A stretch of 64,000 nucleotides of DNA from a virus (Duplodnaviria; Caudoviricetes): IMG/VR virus record IMGVR_UViG_2974736276_000001, positions 1 through 64,000 of that record; one strand, given 5' to 3'. Under the pieces are notes generated by a model. It saw only the letters and a program-made list of their open reading frames with translations. It searched no databases and had not been told where the DNA came from. Below, piece by piece: positions 18,701 to 27,538 of this stretch. Numbering within the stretch: the first letter of the stretch is position 1; every line of letters starts with the position of its first letter. The translations under genes were made by a program, and so were the position numbers.

Positions 18701-19853
18701 TCATGAAATCTTCTAGTTCAGTTTCAGTATCTGCCGCAGATTGGGCAGGACCACGATCAGGTACTTTAAAGTCTTCAACTTTAGAACCGATCAGTTTTGC
18801 AACTTCTTCATCAACTGCAACATTATGCTCAATTGCACCAAGCTGATAACGACGTTTGATTGCTTCGCGGAATGGTTCATGCTTGAACAGAGGTCCCCAG
18901 AATTCTGTAGACGAGGTATCTTTTGCACGCCAAGACTTATCTTCGCGATACATTTCACCGGTGTTCACATCACAATATTCGCGAGAGTACCAACCGTTTT
19001 TAGGCTTAACTACGAAACCTAAATCTAGTGCCATATCGAGCAAACCAGAGTAAGGGTCAATACCACCATCAAATCGTACATCGATAAAGAACTTGCTCTT
19101 TTCTTTGACAGTACGTGATTTTTCTGCATTCAATACGAACTGATAACCTTCTAGTTCAGTACCGTCTTTGATCTGACGTTTACCGATGATGAAGACCGTA
19201 TCAGCAGAATACATTGGGCCAGTACCACCAGTCATCACAGTCTTAGAGAACATCTCAATAGTTTCGATAGTATGGTTAACTGCGATACATGGAATGTTCT
19301 TGATTGTGAAGTAAGGTGTAGCAATACGAAACAGAGATTTCAATGCCTTGGCACGAGTCATGTCAGCAACAACTTTCTCGTTCAATGCATCTTCTGTTTC
19401 TTTCTTAGACGCCATGTTACCGATTGAGTCGATAAACACAATGACCTTTTCACCACGTTCAATTGCTTCAAGCTGATTAATCATATCAACTTTAAGTTGT
19501 TCAACAGACTGAACTGGTGTATGAACTACACGATCAGGATCTACACCTTGTGATTTCAAATATGCTGGAGTGATACCGAATTCGGAATCGTAGAACAAGC
19601 AAATTGCATCAGGGTGTTTATTCATATAAGCTGAGATAACTGTCAGACTCATATTTGATTTAAAGTGCTTGGAAGGACCAGCAAAAATAGTCAATCCAGC
19701 TTGAACGCCACCTGTCAAATCACCAGCGAAAGCAATGTTCAACATCGGAATTTTAGTACGAACCACATCTTTGTCATTAAAGAACTTAGATTTAGCCAGG
19801 TCCGAAGTCATTTTTGAGGTTGAAGCTTTGATTAATCTTTCTTTCAGAGACAT
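18690..19853 (-). CDS. uvsX: RecA-like recombinase UvsX
   Basis: AGPSKHFKS, YDSEFG, IDSIGN. Confidence 0.96.
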   Translation of the reverse strand: MSLKERLIKASTSKMTSDLAKSKFFNDKDVVRTKIPMLNIAFAGDLTGGVQAGLTIFAGPSKHFKSNMSLTVISAYMNKHPDAICLFYDSEFGITPAYLKSQGVDPDRVVHTPVQSVEQLKVDMINQLEAIERGEKVIVFIDSIGNMASKKETEDALNEKVVADMTRAKALKSLFRIATPYFTIKNIPCIAVNHTIETIEMFSKTVMTGGTGPMYSADTVFIIGKRQIKDGTELEGYQFVLNAEKSRTVKEKSKFFIDVRFDGGIDPYSGLLDMALDLGFVVKPKNGWYSREYCDVNTGEMYREDKSWRAKDTSSTEFWGPLFKHEPFREAIKRRYQLGAIEHNVAVDEEVAKLIGSKVEDFKVPDRGPAQSAADTETELEDFMNEE

Positions 19854-19930
19854 ACATTATTCCATGATTAATCATAATATTTTTCTCACAAGTTGATAGG
19901 ATTTACTCGTTTATTCTAATACAATAACTG

Positions 19931-20143
19931 TTAAGCGTATTCTCCTGTTCGCTCAACTTCAGTTTCTGAATCTACTTCCCAAGGCTTTTCACATTTTTCG
20001 CAATAACCATTCCACCAACATGAAAATCCATCGCCACCTTGTGAACCTTCATGAACTAATCTGTCATGCCCACAATCTGTACATCTAAATTTAATGGCTC
20101 TCCAAATAGAGCCAGTAGCTGATTTATTGCAATTAATGTTCAT
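19931..20143 (-). CDS. small CxxC...CxxC zinc-ribbon protein at the T4 beta-gt position
   Basis: CTDC and CEKC motifs. Confidence 0.6.
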   Translation of the reverse strand: MNINCNKSATGSIWRAIKFRCTDCGHDRLVHEGSQGGDGFSCWWNGYCEKCEKPWEVDSETEVERTGEYA

Positions 20144-20150
20144 ATTAACC

Positions 20151-20894
20151 TTAGGCGTATTCGCCTTTGTAATCTTTCTTCAACACATGACTTTCACCAG
20201 TATTGAGATAATGATCAACCAAATAAAAATGTCTTTCATAGATGTGAAGTGAAGCAGCATTCCAATAGATTTCACCCATTTCAACTTCAACACCAGCATC
20301 ATTCAGATCTTTTACTAGACGACGAGACACAGTGTTCTGCCAATGCCAATCATTACGATAACCAAAGATTGAGTCATTTGAACGCATATAAACACATGTG
20401 ATTAGCATACCATCGCGAATCATGTATTGTACATTAGATGTACACATAAAATCAGACATACCATCACGAGATGAATCCACATGCATTGTCGGACGAGTAT
20501 AAATCATTTGACCATGACGAGTATCAGGATTCGCAATTAATTTACGAAGAACATTATCATACTGATTGCCGTTCTCTTCTGAATAAATTGCCCAACCATA
20601 ATTCGAGTTGATCTCACCTTTATCAGATGAAACACGTTCCCAAATCTCAGGAGTACCACCTGGAATATCATGAACATTTAAGCTCTGTGAATCATACCAC
20701 TCTAATTCACGTTGAACGTAGTCATGATTCACTTTACCAAAGATTGCATCTGAATCTGCAATGAAATTTGCATTAATAATTTCAAGAGTTTTCACACCAG
20801 ACTTATCTGTGGTGAACATACCCAATGCTAAACGTTCTGCGAAATCGTCGCGAACATCTTCAATAGTGTTGTCTTTAATTCCAATTCCAAACAT
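20151..20894 (-). CDS. 42: dCMP hydroxymethyltransferase gp42
   Basis: DKSGVKT.EI, RELEWY, INSNYGW, DFMCT, MRSND, SLHIYERHF. Confidence 0.95.
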   Translation of the reverse strand: MFGIGIKDNTIEDVRDDFAERLALGMFTTDKSGVKTLEIINANFIADSDAIFGKVNHDYVQRELEWYDSQSLNVHDIPGGTPEIWERVSSDKGEINSNYGWAIYSEENGNQYDNVLRKLIANPDTRHGQMIYTRPTMHVDSSRDGMSDFMCTSNVQYMIRDGMLITCVYMRSNDSIFGYRNDWHWQNTVSRRLVKDLNDAGVEVEMGEIYWNAASLHIYERHFYLVDHYLNTGESHVLKKDYKGEYA

Positions 20895-20926
20895 ATTAAC
20901 CTCGTGTCGTGATATGAATAATTATA

Positions 20927-21370
20927 TCACCGAGATTGATTAGCCTTACACTGACGAATATATTTCTGTGAATCGAAGTTCTGGACTGCGTCCCATTCAC
21001 CAAATGCCCATGCCCGGGAATTTGCCACATCGTACATCATTGCTACGAATTCTTCACAGGAAATTTTAGGTGTCTCGGCTTTGAGTCGACGAAGTTCACG
21101 TTCATTTTGAACTTTGTTCGCTTCTTCATTAGCACGTTGTGTAGCTGCAAAATCAACCTTGTTAGCGGCGATATAATCTCTTTCTTCTTTAGATAGTTCG
21201 CGTGCATGAGCAGTATCTTTGAAATAGCCTAAACCATTTCCAGGAACTGACCGAACACCATGATAGGTAGTACTAAACGTTTGGAATGTTTCAGTATCAT
21301 TCTGCGCGTTGTACCCGGGAGTTACGCAGCCGGTAAGAGCTAGTGTTGCTACTAAGATAAGTGATTTCAT
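20927..21370 (-). CDS. putative lipoprotein (at the imm/imm.1 position)
   Basis: MKSLILVATLALTGC lipobox; GAGGA SD. Confidence 0.65.
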   Translation of the reverse strand: MKSLILVATLALTGCVTPGYNAQNDTETFQTFSTTYHGVRSVPGNGLGYFKDTAHARELSKEERDYIAANKVDFAATQRANEEANKVQNERELRRLKAETPKISCEEFVAMMYDVANSRAWAFGEWDAVQNFDSQKYIRQCKANQSR

Positions 21371-21424
21371 GTTATTTTCCTCATTAACTAGGGAGTATAG
21401 TATCATACTCCCGCATGAAGTAAA

Positions 21425-24139
21425 TTACATGTCGAACATGTCGAACAGAGAAGCTATCTTCTCATAGTTCATACCCGCAGCCTGAGACATACCAGTTAGA
21501 GGTTTGACATAAGTTTTATCAAACATTTTCTGATAGTCGAGCCATGTAAGCACTTGGTCACGAATCTCAACAGGAAGCTCTGTACCAGATGTCCAGGAGA
21601 TGCACCTGTCATTGAATGGATTTCCATCCTTTAACGGTAATGTCATCACCTTATCACCCTCTTGAATCGGAGGGACGTCGGGATAACCTTTGGTCGATCG
21701 ACGATATGCCAATGCACCTCGAACATGGAATGGACATTTAGATGCTGGGAAACCTTTGCCATCATCATACTGACCAATGTTATTCGCAGTCTTAACTTCA
21801 GCAATGTCAAGATAAGAAAGTTTACGATATTCCTGCTCAAATTCTTTATAGTATTCTTGCAGAGATTCTTCACCTTCTTGAAGCATACGACGAATAGACT
21901 CTTCTAATGCATCTTGAACCGCGACTGGAGTACTAGATTGCTGAGTTTCCATGCCCATGATTTTCAATTTTGGTTTACTGAAACGAGTATCTTCCATGTC
22001 ATAGACATTCAATGCATAACGTTTCTTAGCTTTCCAGAAACCACCACAACCTTTAGAACCAAGAGGTGGACAAGAGATTGCTTCTCGGTCCATCAACATC
22101 AAGTGATTCGGATTGTTCATGTACTCTTGCAGTTCAATGTAAGATTTATCGATGTGTGGTTCCATCTTCTTCTTACCGAACTGATTCAAGAATTCAACTT
22201 TCTGATCAGTAGTCTTGAACTTATCTTCACCTACTTTATCGATAACGTTATCAACACAAACGTAGATCGAGTCAGTATCACCTGCGATTACATACTGATG
22301 ACCTGAAGTTCCACACACTGAATCAAGATATTCATTAACCTTACGCTGAATCCACTGCAATGCTAATTGACCAAACAATGTGATTGCTGTGGCATTACGC
22401 AAATCATAGTAACGGAAGTAAATGTTACCCAATGCACCATAAAGACTGTTGATCAAAATCTTGCGGTTAAGCTGATTCGTGTCTGCAAGCATAATCATGT
22501 TATCGCATTCAAGAACCAAACGTTCAAGACATGACTTAGTCATACTGTTCAAAGATTCTTTTAATGAATCATCGAAATCTTTATACACATTGATATCATT
22601 GAAAGCATCAACATCGCCGAATTTTTCAGAATAAAGAACTTTCTTGACCAATTCACGATTACGTTCTGCAGGCTTCATCTTGCCTTTCCATTCTTTACGC
22701 TGGAAGAACACTTTCGCGATTTCAGTTGGGATTACACCTTCGCCTTCTTTACGATACATCCAACCATTCGGCGAGCAACTATATTCATCACTTGGACGTG
22801 GTGCTGTCTTATTAATGTACTCTGCCATCGGATGAAGTTTGAATTGACCTACAATCGTCTCAGGACTAATGTTAACCTGACGAATGATACTCGGATAAAG
22901 AGATGTCAAGTCAAAAGACATAATATGCCTGAATGCCTTTGGTTCCGGCTCAATAACAAATGCACCTGGGAATGATTGCTTCGAATGACTTCGTCCTTGT
23001 GGAATTATCTTATGCTGACCTTTAAGACTGTTAAAGATAATTGCGTCCCAAGTTTTAATTGGAGACATTACACCACCGAACGGCATCTTAGCATAATAAC
23101 TCATGCTCAATGCTAGATCAATGAATCCACGCTTACGATCGATACCCATAACAGACTCAACGTCCATAATGTTATAGCTAATGTATCGTTGATGATTCGT
23201 TTCACGTAACTTATTGATTGGACCATCATACTTCAATTTACCGCGCTTAGTTTCATACTGAGCGATATAATCCAACTTATAGTTCGGTTGGTTAGTGAAG
23301 CTGAACTTCTTGTACAGATCAAGATAATCGAGAACAGTTACACCCATGATAGTGAAGATTTCTTTATCACCATACATATTAGTAATGACTTTAGAATTCA
23401 CTTTACCAAGAGGTGAAAGACGACGAATAAAACGATCACCGATTGTGTTCTTAATTCGATTGACAAGATAAGGAATATCAAATCCTTCAACGTTCCAACC
23501 AGTACAAATCGAAGGACGCTTTTCTTCCCACAGATTCAGATATTCAACTAACATTTCACTTTCAGATTCGAAAGGCATATAAACTACACGATCAAGAATA
23601 TCTTGAGGAACTTCATCACCACCATCAGCATCGAGTTTAGCAGCTAATTTGATGTCCCACTTAGAGACTGAGCCATATATGGAATCTAACAAGTCAAACA
23701 CATAGAACTTATTGTCAATAGAATCATAATGAGTGATTGCATCAATCGGGAACCGAGCTTGCATTGGTTCCGGGAATCCTTCAGCAGTTACCTCGATGTC
23801 GAAGTTCGCGATGCGAATGTGATTCTTATTATAGACGATCTCAGAACCATACGTATCACTAATGTATGCCAACTTAAAGTCGTCCATACCCATAGCTTCA
23901 AGACCAATATCTTCCATTCGACGCATCCAATCACGAGCATCTTTCATACTTGGGAATGAATTGGCTTTACATGGTTTTCCATAGATGTCGAAGTACTTAG
24001 TTTTAGTTCCTTCAACTACGTGACTGAAGAGTGTTGGTTCATACTTTACTTTACGTTCACGTTCTTGACCGTTATGATCAATATAACGCTCATACAATGT
24101 ATCACCGATTGTCTCAATTGCTACATAAAATTCTTGCAT
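21425..24139 (-). CDS. 43: family B DNA polymerase gp43 (unsplit)
   Basis: DIE exonuclease motif, FDLTSLYPSII, KILINSLYGALG, AGDTDS. Confidence 0.97.
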   Translation of the reverse strand: MQEFYVAIETIGDTLYERYIDHNGQERERKVKYEPTLFSHVVEGTKTKYFDIYGKPCKANSFPSMKDARDWMRRMEDIGLEAMGMDDFKLAYISDTYGSEIVYNKNHIRIANFDIEVTAEGFPEPMQARFPIDAITHYDSIDNKFYVFDLLDSIYGSVSKWDIKLAAKLDADGGDEVPQDILDRVVYMPFESESEMLVEYLNLWEEKRPSICTGWNVEGFDIPYLVNRIKNTIGDRFIRRLSPLGKVNSKVITNMYGDKEIFTIMGVTVLDYLDLYKKFSFTNQPNYKLDYIAQYETKRGKLKYDGPINKLRETNHQRYISYNIMDVESVMGIDRKRGFIDLALSMSYYAKMPFGGVMSPIKTWDAIIFNSLKGQHKIIPQGRSHSKQSFPGAFVIEPEPKAFRHIMSFDLTSLYPSIIRQVNISPETIVGQFKLHPMAEYINKTAPRPSDEYSCSPNGWMYRKEGEGVIPTEIAKVFFQRKEWKGKMKPAERNRELVKKVLYSEKFGDVDAFNDINVYKDFDDSLKESLNSMTKSCLERLVLECDNMIMLADTNQLNRKILINSLYGALGNIYFRYYDLRNATAITLFGQLALQWIQRKVNEYLDSVCGTSGHQYVIAGDTDSIYVCVDNVIDKVGEDKFKTTDQKVEFLNQFGKKKMEPHIDKSYIELQEYMNNPNHLMLMDREAISCPPLGSKGCGGFWKAKKRYALNVYDMEDTRFSKPKLKIMGMETQQSSTPVAVQDALEESIRRMLQEGEESLQEYYKEFEQEYRKLSYLDIAEVKTANNIGQYDDGKGFPASKCPFHVRGALAYRRSTKGYPDVPPIQEGDKVMTLPLKDGNPFNDRCISWTSGTELPVEIRDQVLTWLDYQKMFDKTYVKPLTGMSQAAGMNYEKIASLFDMFDM

Positions 24140-24142
24140 AAG

Positions 24143-24176
24143 ATTCCTTAGTTTATTCCATTAGCCGTGTGGCTTT
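24143..24176 (-). promoter_or_regulatory. gp43 translational operator (autogenous repression hairpin plus SD)
   Basis: AGCC-ACAC-GGCT hairpin followed by ATAAACTAAGGAAT, as in T4 gene 43. Confidence 0.7.
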
Positions 24177-24210
24177 GGTGTGTCAATTATATTACTCCGA
24201 AGAATGAGCA

Positions 24211-24277
24211 TAAGGTACAAATTAATGTACCTTATTGTTAAAATTAGGGCTTAAGGTACAAATTAATGCACCTTATT
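24211..24277. repeat. two 26-bp palindromic direct repeats (25/26 identical)
   Basis: TAAGGTACAAATTAATG(T/C)ACCTTATT at 24211-24236 and 24252-24277. Confidence 0.9.
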
Positions 24278-24641
24278 TTCCAATTGCATATTTGTGCACC
24301 AATTTCCATTCGTGTTTCTGTTTATGAGCAATAACTCTGAAGTTATTTTCCATTTCAAACATGTCTGTACGTTGGCCCGGAACAATTTCAAGCAGTTGCC
24401 AGTCTTCAAGCAATTGGGCGATTGAATCACGACGAACATAGTCTTCTTCATCAATATTAACTTGGCGACCATCAAGCTTCAACATTTCTTTAAAGTGAAC
24501 GATAAAGTATCGACCTTGCTTCTGAAGAATATGGCAGCTCTGATAAAGAATCTTTTCTTTATTATTCGCGATACCCATGCGGGTTAAGGTCTCTTTAACT
24601 TTCAGGAAATCTTCAGGATGCTTCAGTTTAATTTCAATCAT
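24273..24641 (-). CDS. regA: translational repressor RegA
   Basis: MIEIKLKHPEDFLKVKETLTRMGIANNK..LYQSCHILQKQG. Confidence 0.96.
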   Translation of the reverse strand: MIEIKLKHPEDFLKVKETLTRMGIANNKEKILYQSCHILQKQGRYFIVHFKEMLKLDGRQVNIDEEDYVRRDSIAQLLEDWQLLEIVPGQRTDMFEMENNFRVIAHKQKHEWKLVHKYAIGK

Positions 24642-24643
24642 AA

Positions 24644-25222
24644 TTACCATTCCAATGCTTTTTTCTTAAATTCTTTTTGTTCTTTAACATTCTTCGTGAC
24701 AGACTTAATGAAGTCATCAGTCACAAGAGCCTTTGATTTATGCAATACTTCTTTGAGCTTTCCTTTACGAGAAAGTGTGCTCTTATACATCACAGCATCA
24801 TCATAATTAATCTGATACTTAGCCATCAACACTCGAATAATTAGTAACTCAGCAGTGTCTTCAGAAAGTTTAGCCCATTTACCATACCTCTTTCCTTGAG
24901 GTATTGCATGGAGATAATAATTGAAATGAGCTTGTTCAGAAAGTCCTGCACCAATCAAGTTCATAACATTGACAGCCATCAAACAATCAACGTGTTGTGA
25001 TAAAGCATTATCAATCCAAAACTTACTGTAGTTATCAGATTGAGACAAATCACGATGATTCTTGTTTGTTGAAATGTCATTCATAATAGCGAACAACTCA
25101 TTCTCAGCTTTTTCTTTATAAGAATCAGCTAATTTCTGAATCATGTTGGTATCTCTACCTTTCCAGGCAATTTCATGTTCGGAGAGTTGTTCATCTTCAC
25201 CGAATAGAAACATCATACCCAA
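24644..25222 (-). CDS. 62: clamp loader small subunit gp62
   Basis: ENELF, YSKFWIDNALSQH.DC, GKRYGKWAK. Confidence 0.93.
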   Translation of the reverse strand: MGMMFLFGEDEQLSEHEIAWKGRDTNMIQKLADSYKEKAENELFAIMNDISTNKNHRDLSQSDNYSKFWIDNALSQHVDCLMAVNVMNLIGAGLSEQAHFNYYLHAIPQGKRYGKWAKLSEDTAELLIIRVLMAKYQINYDDAVMYKSTLSRKGKLKEVLHKSKALVTDDFIKSVTKNVKEQKEFKKKALEW

Positions 25223-26181
25223 TTACCTTTTAAAGCTAATGCTAACTGAATGAACATATAAGTAACATGAAGTTCAGTGCTACCCGCCATGCCATAGTAC
25301 TGATTACTTTCACCGACGATTTCATACATTCGAATTTTACCTGGACCACTCAGAAGTGGATAAAGTTCATTCGATAATTTATCGACAAAGTTAGAGAAAT
25401 CTTGGGCATACTTAGTTGACAATGCACGAAGATTAGCTACATCTTGATTTTTAATTGATGTGATAACATCTTCAACTGAACCACGTTCATTAAGAACAAT
25501 CGACAAGATACCTGCATCAATCTTACCAGAAGACGAATAGTGGTCCATCAAATTGATAGTCTTACGGAATTCTGGGAAGTTCTTACTTACTAATGCTGCC
25601 AGAACTTTCGGTTCTTCTACTTGAATTCCTTCATTCTTACATATTTCCATACAACGACGAAGCATTTCTTTCTTCATCGACTGTGCATCTTCTGCAGTAG
25701 GATTACCAAATTTGATTACACGAGCACGAGAACGTAATGGAGCAATAATACCTTCAAGGTTGTTCGCTGTAATGATAATTGAACAGTTACTTGAGTATGC
25801 TTCCATGAATGAACGAAGATGACGTTGAGATTCACCAAGACCTGCACGGTCGAATTCATCGATAACGATTACTTTCTGACGACCTTCCATAGAAATAGAA
25901 GATGCGAATCGAGTTAAATCATTACGAACGAAATCAATCTTACAGTCAGAACCATTTACAAACAACATCTCTGCATTAATATCATGACATAATGCACGAG
26001 CTACAGTCGTCTTACCGGTTCCTGGAGAATTACTTTGAAGAATTAGATGAGGTACGCGACCTTTCTCAATGAGTGCTTTGAAGATTTTCTTGTCTTCAGC
26101 AGGAAGAATACACTCATCGATAGTTGCTGGACGGTATTTTTGTTCGAACATATGTTCGGAATTGTTCACAGTTAAAGTCAT
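25213..26181 (-). CDS. 44: clamp loader AAA+ subunit gp44
   Basis: EQKYRP, SPGTGKTT, IDEFD, LRSR. Confidence 0.96.
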   Translation of the reverse strand: MTLTVNNSEHMFEQKYRPATIDECILPAEDKKIFKALIEKGRVPHLILQSNSPGTGKTTVARALCHDINAEMLFVNGSDCKIDFVRNDLTRFASSISMEGRQKVIVIDEFDRAGLGESQRHLRSFMEAYSSNCSIIITANNLEGIIAPLRSRARVIKFGNPTAEDAQSMKKEMLRRCMEICKNEGIQVEEPKVLAALVSKNFPEFRKTINLMDHYSSSGKIDAGILSIVLNERGSVEDVITSIKNQDVANLRALSTKYAQDFSNFVDKLSNELYPLLSGPGKIRMYEIVGESNQYYGMAGSTELHVTYMFIQLALALKGNWV

Positions 26182-26207
26182 AATTACCTCAAAATATTTT
26201 AATCAAT

Positions 26208-26224
26208 GGAGCCCGAAGGCTCCT
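26208..26224 (-). terminator. UUCG hairpin after gene 45
   Basis: GGAGCC-TTCG-GGCTCC. Confidence 0.6.
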
Positions 26225-26236
26225 CATTATTTTAAC

Positions 26237-26923
26237 TTAGAAATTGTGTTGCGAATCAGCTTCAAATGCCAGTACATAATTAGCATGAGAACCTTCAAAC
26301 TTGATGGCACCTTTCTTACCTACAACCGCGATCAGAACTTTATAGTCTGAAGGTTGCATCTTCATGTTGCTCATATTCACGAAGAAGTTGAATTCATTAG
26401 TGCCATCATATTCACCAGCAGTCAGTGAATAAAGAACTTTCATTGAAGCAGAATCAGCAGCTTTATTATAACCGTTGATTACGATTTTACCATCTTCAGT
26501 TGTAATGCCCAGAGTATCGATACCCATTGAACGAGATACTCGCATCAACTGCGTCATATCTTCACCTTTCAATTCAAAGATGACATTAGCCACTGGGAAT
26601 TGAACTGCTTTAGATGGGAATGAAATTGTAGATGGATCAGCTGATGGCCAATAGATCGTTGAACGAGTATCTTTGATTGAGATGTTACCATCAGATTCGA
26701 TACCGATTTCAGCACCTTCACCAACCAATGAAACAATACTCAAGAAACCATTCAGATCGTAGATAGCTACGTCTGCATCGATGGTATCATTGATTTTTGC
26801 ATCAGCATAAATTGTACCATTAACTGCACGAGTCATAATAAAGTTGCCTTTATTCAACATGATGCCGGAGTTAATAGTTGAGAAGTTTTTCAGAATATTC
26901 AGAGTTTCTTTAGTCAGTTTCAT
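26237..26923 (-). CDS. 45: sliding clamp gp45
   Basis: MKLTKETLNILKNFSTINSGI, AIYDLNGFLS. Confidence 0.96.
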   Translation of the reverse strand: MKLTKETLNILKNFSTINSGIMLNKGNFIMTRAVNGTIYADAKINDTIDADVAIYDLNGFLSIVSLVGEGAEIGIESDGNISIKDTRSTIYWPSADPSTISFPSKAVQFPVANVIFELKGEDMTQLMRVSRSMGIDTLGITTEDGKIVINGYNKAADSASMKVLYSLTAGEYDGTNEFNFFVNMSNMKMQPSDYKVLIAVVGKKGAIKFEGSHANYVLAFEADSQHNF

Positions 26924-26951
26924 TTCATTACCTTATTTAGTGAACAGAGCA

Positions 26952-26977
26952 ATTATAATCTATTTTTTATTAAGCAG
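26952..26977 (-). promoter_or_regulatory. middle promoter of gene 45
   Basis: CTGCTTAA-12 nt-TATAAT. Confidence 0.7.
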
Positions 26978-27338
26978 CTAAATCTTCAATGATTTCAGCT
27001 ACGATCAATGATGCTGCTTCAATCAATTGCTCGTCTGCATCAACACAATATGCGTCTTCAAGACGTTCACCACCAGTTTCTGTCTGGATAATCTTGGCAC
27101 CAGCAGCTACTGAATCAGTGAAGTGCTTACGCATAATTTCTACCCACTTAGATGAAACTGAATCATCTACTGCATCATAGAATGCAAATCGAACTTCTTG
27201 AGTCTTGTACTTCGACTTAATCTTTTCTTGAATCAACTCTGGAGTCTGAAGAACCCAAGCTTTACGAATTTTGTTATCATTGTTCGGGTTAGAATCAGCA
27301 CGAACGTTTTGAACTTGAATTTCTTTAGCAGTAATCAT
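26970..27338 (-). CDS. rpbA: RNA polymerase-binding protein RpbA
   Basis: VRADSNPNNDNKIRKAWVL; synteny. Confidence 0.92.
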   Translation of the reverse strand: MITAKEIQVQNVRADSNPNNDNKIRKAWVLQTPELIQEKIKSKYKTQEVRFAFYDAVDDSVSSKWVEIMRKHFTDSVAAGAKIIQTETGGERLEDAYCVDADEQLIEAASLIVAEIIEDLAA

Positions 27339-27346
27339 AATACACC

Positions 27347-27538
27347 TTAATCAAAATAATCTTCGAGGAACCAGGCCTTTGAACGACCTGATCGAATTTT
27401 CATCAATTCATTTTCATCACTTGAGAAAGCTTCCTCAAGCATTTTATCGGTGACCAAGATCTGGTCACCTGAGAAGAGATTCACTAACATGTATCTCTTC
27501 AATTCTGGAGCACATTGTAGATGTTGATTTTGAATCAT
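27347..27538 (-). CDS. gp45.2-like protein
   Basis: KIRSGRSKAWFLED; synteny. Confidence 0.7.
   Translation of the reverse strand: MIQNQHLQCAPELKRYMLVNLFSGDQILVTDKMLEEAFSSDENELMKIRSGRSKAWFLEDYFD

Noticed and set aside
21425-24139. Intron, intein or split in gp43 (also checked by length: 41, 46, uvsX, 61)
   Set aside because: Lengths and motifs match the uninterrupted T4 proteins.
24211-24277. Mini-CRISPR array or CRISPR-repeat mimic
   Set aside because: Only two units, a 15-bp spacer, AT-rich, no resemblance to type I-E/I-F repeats, and no cas genes. Kept only as a palindromic repeat.
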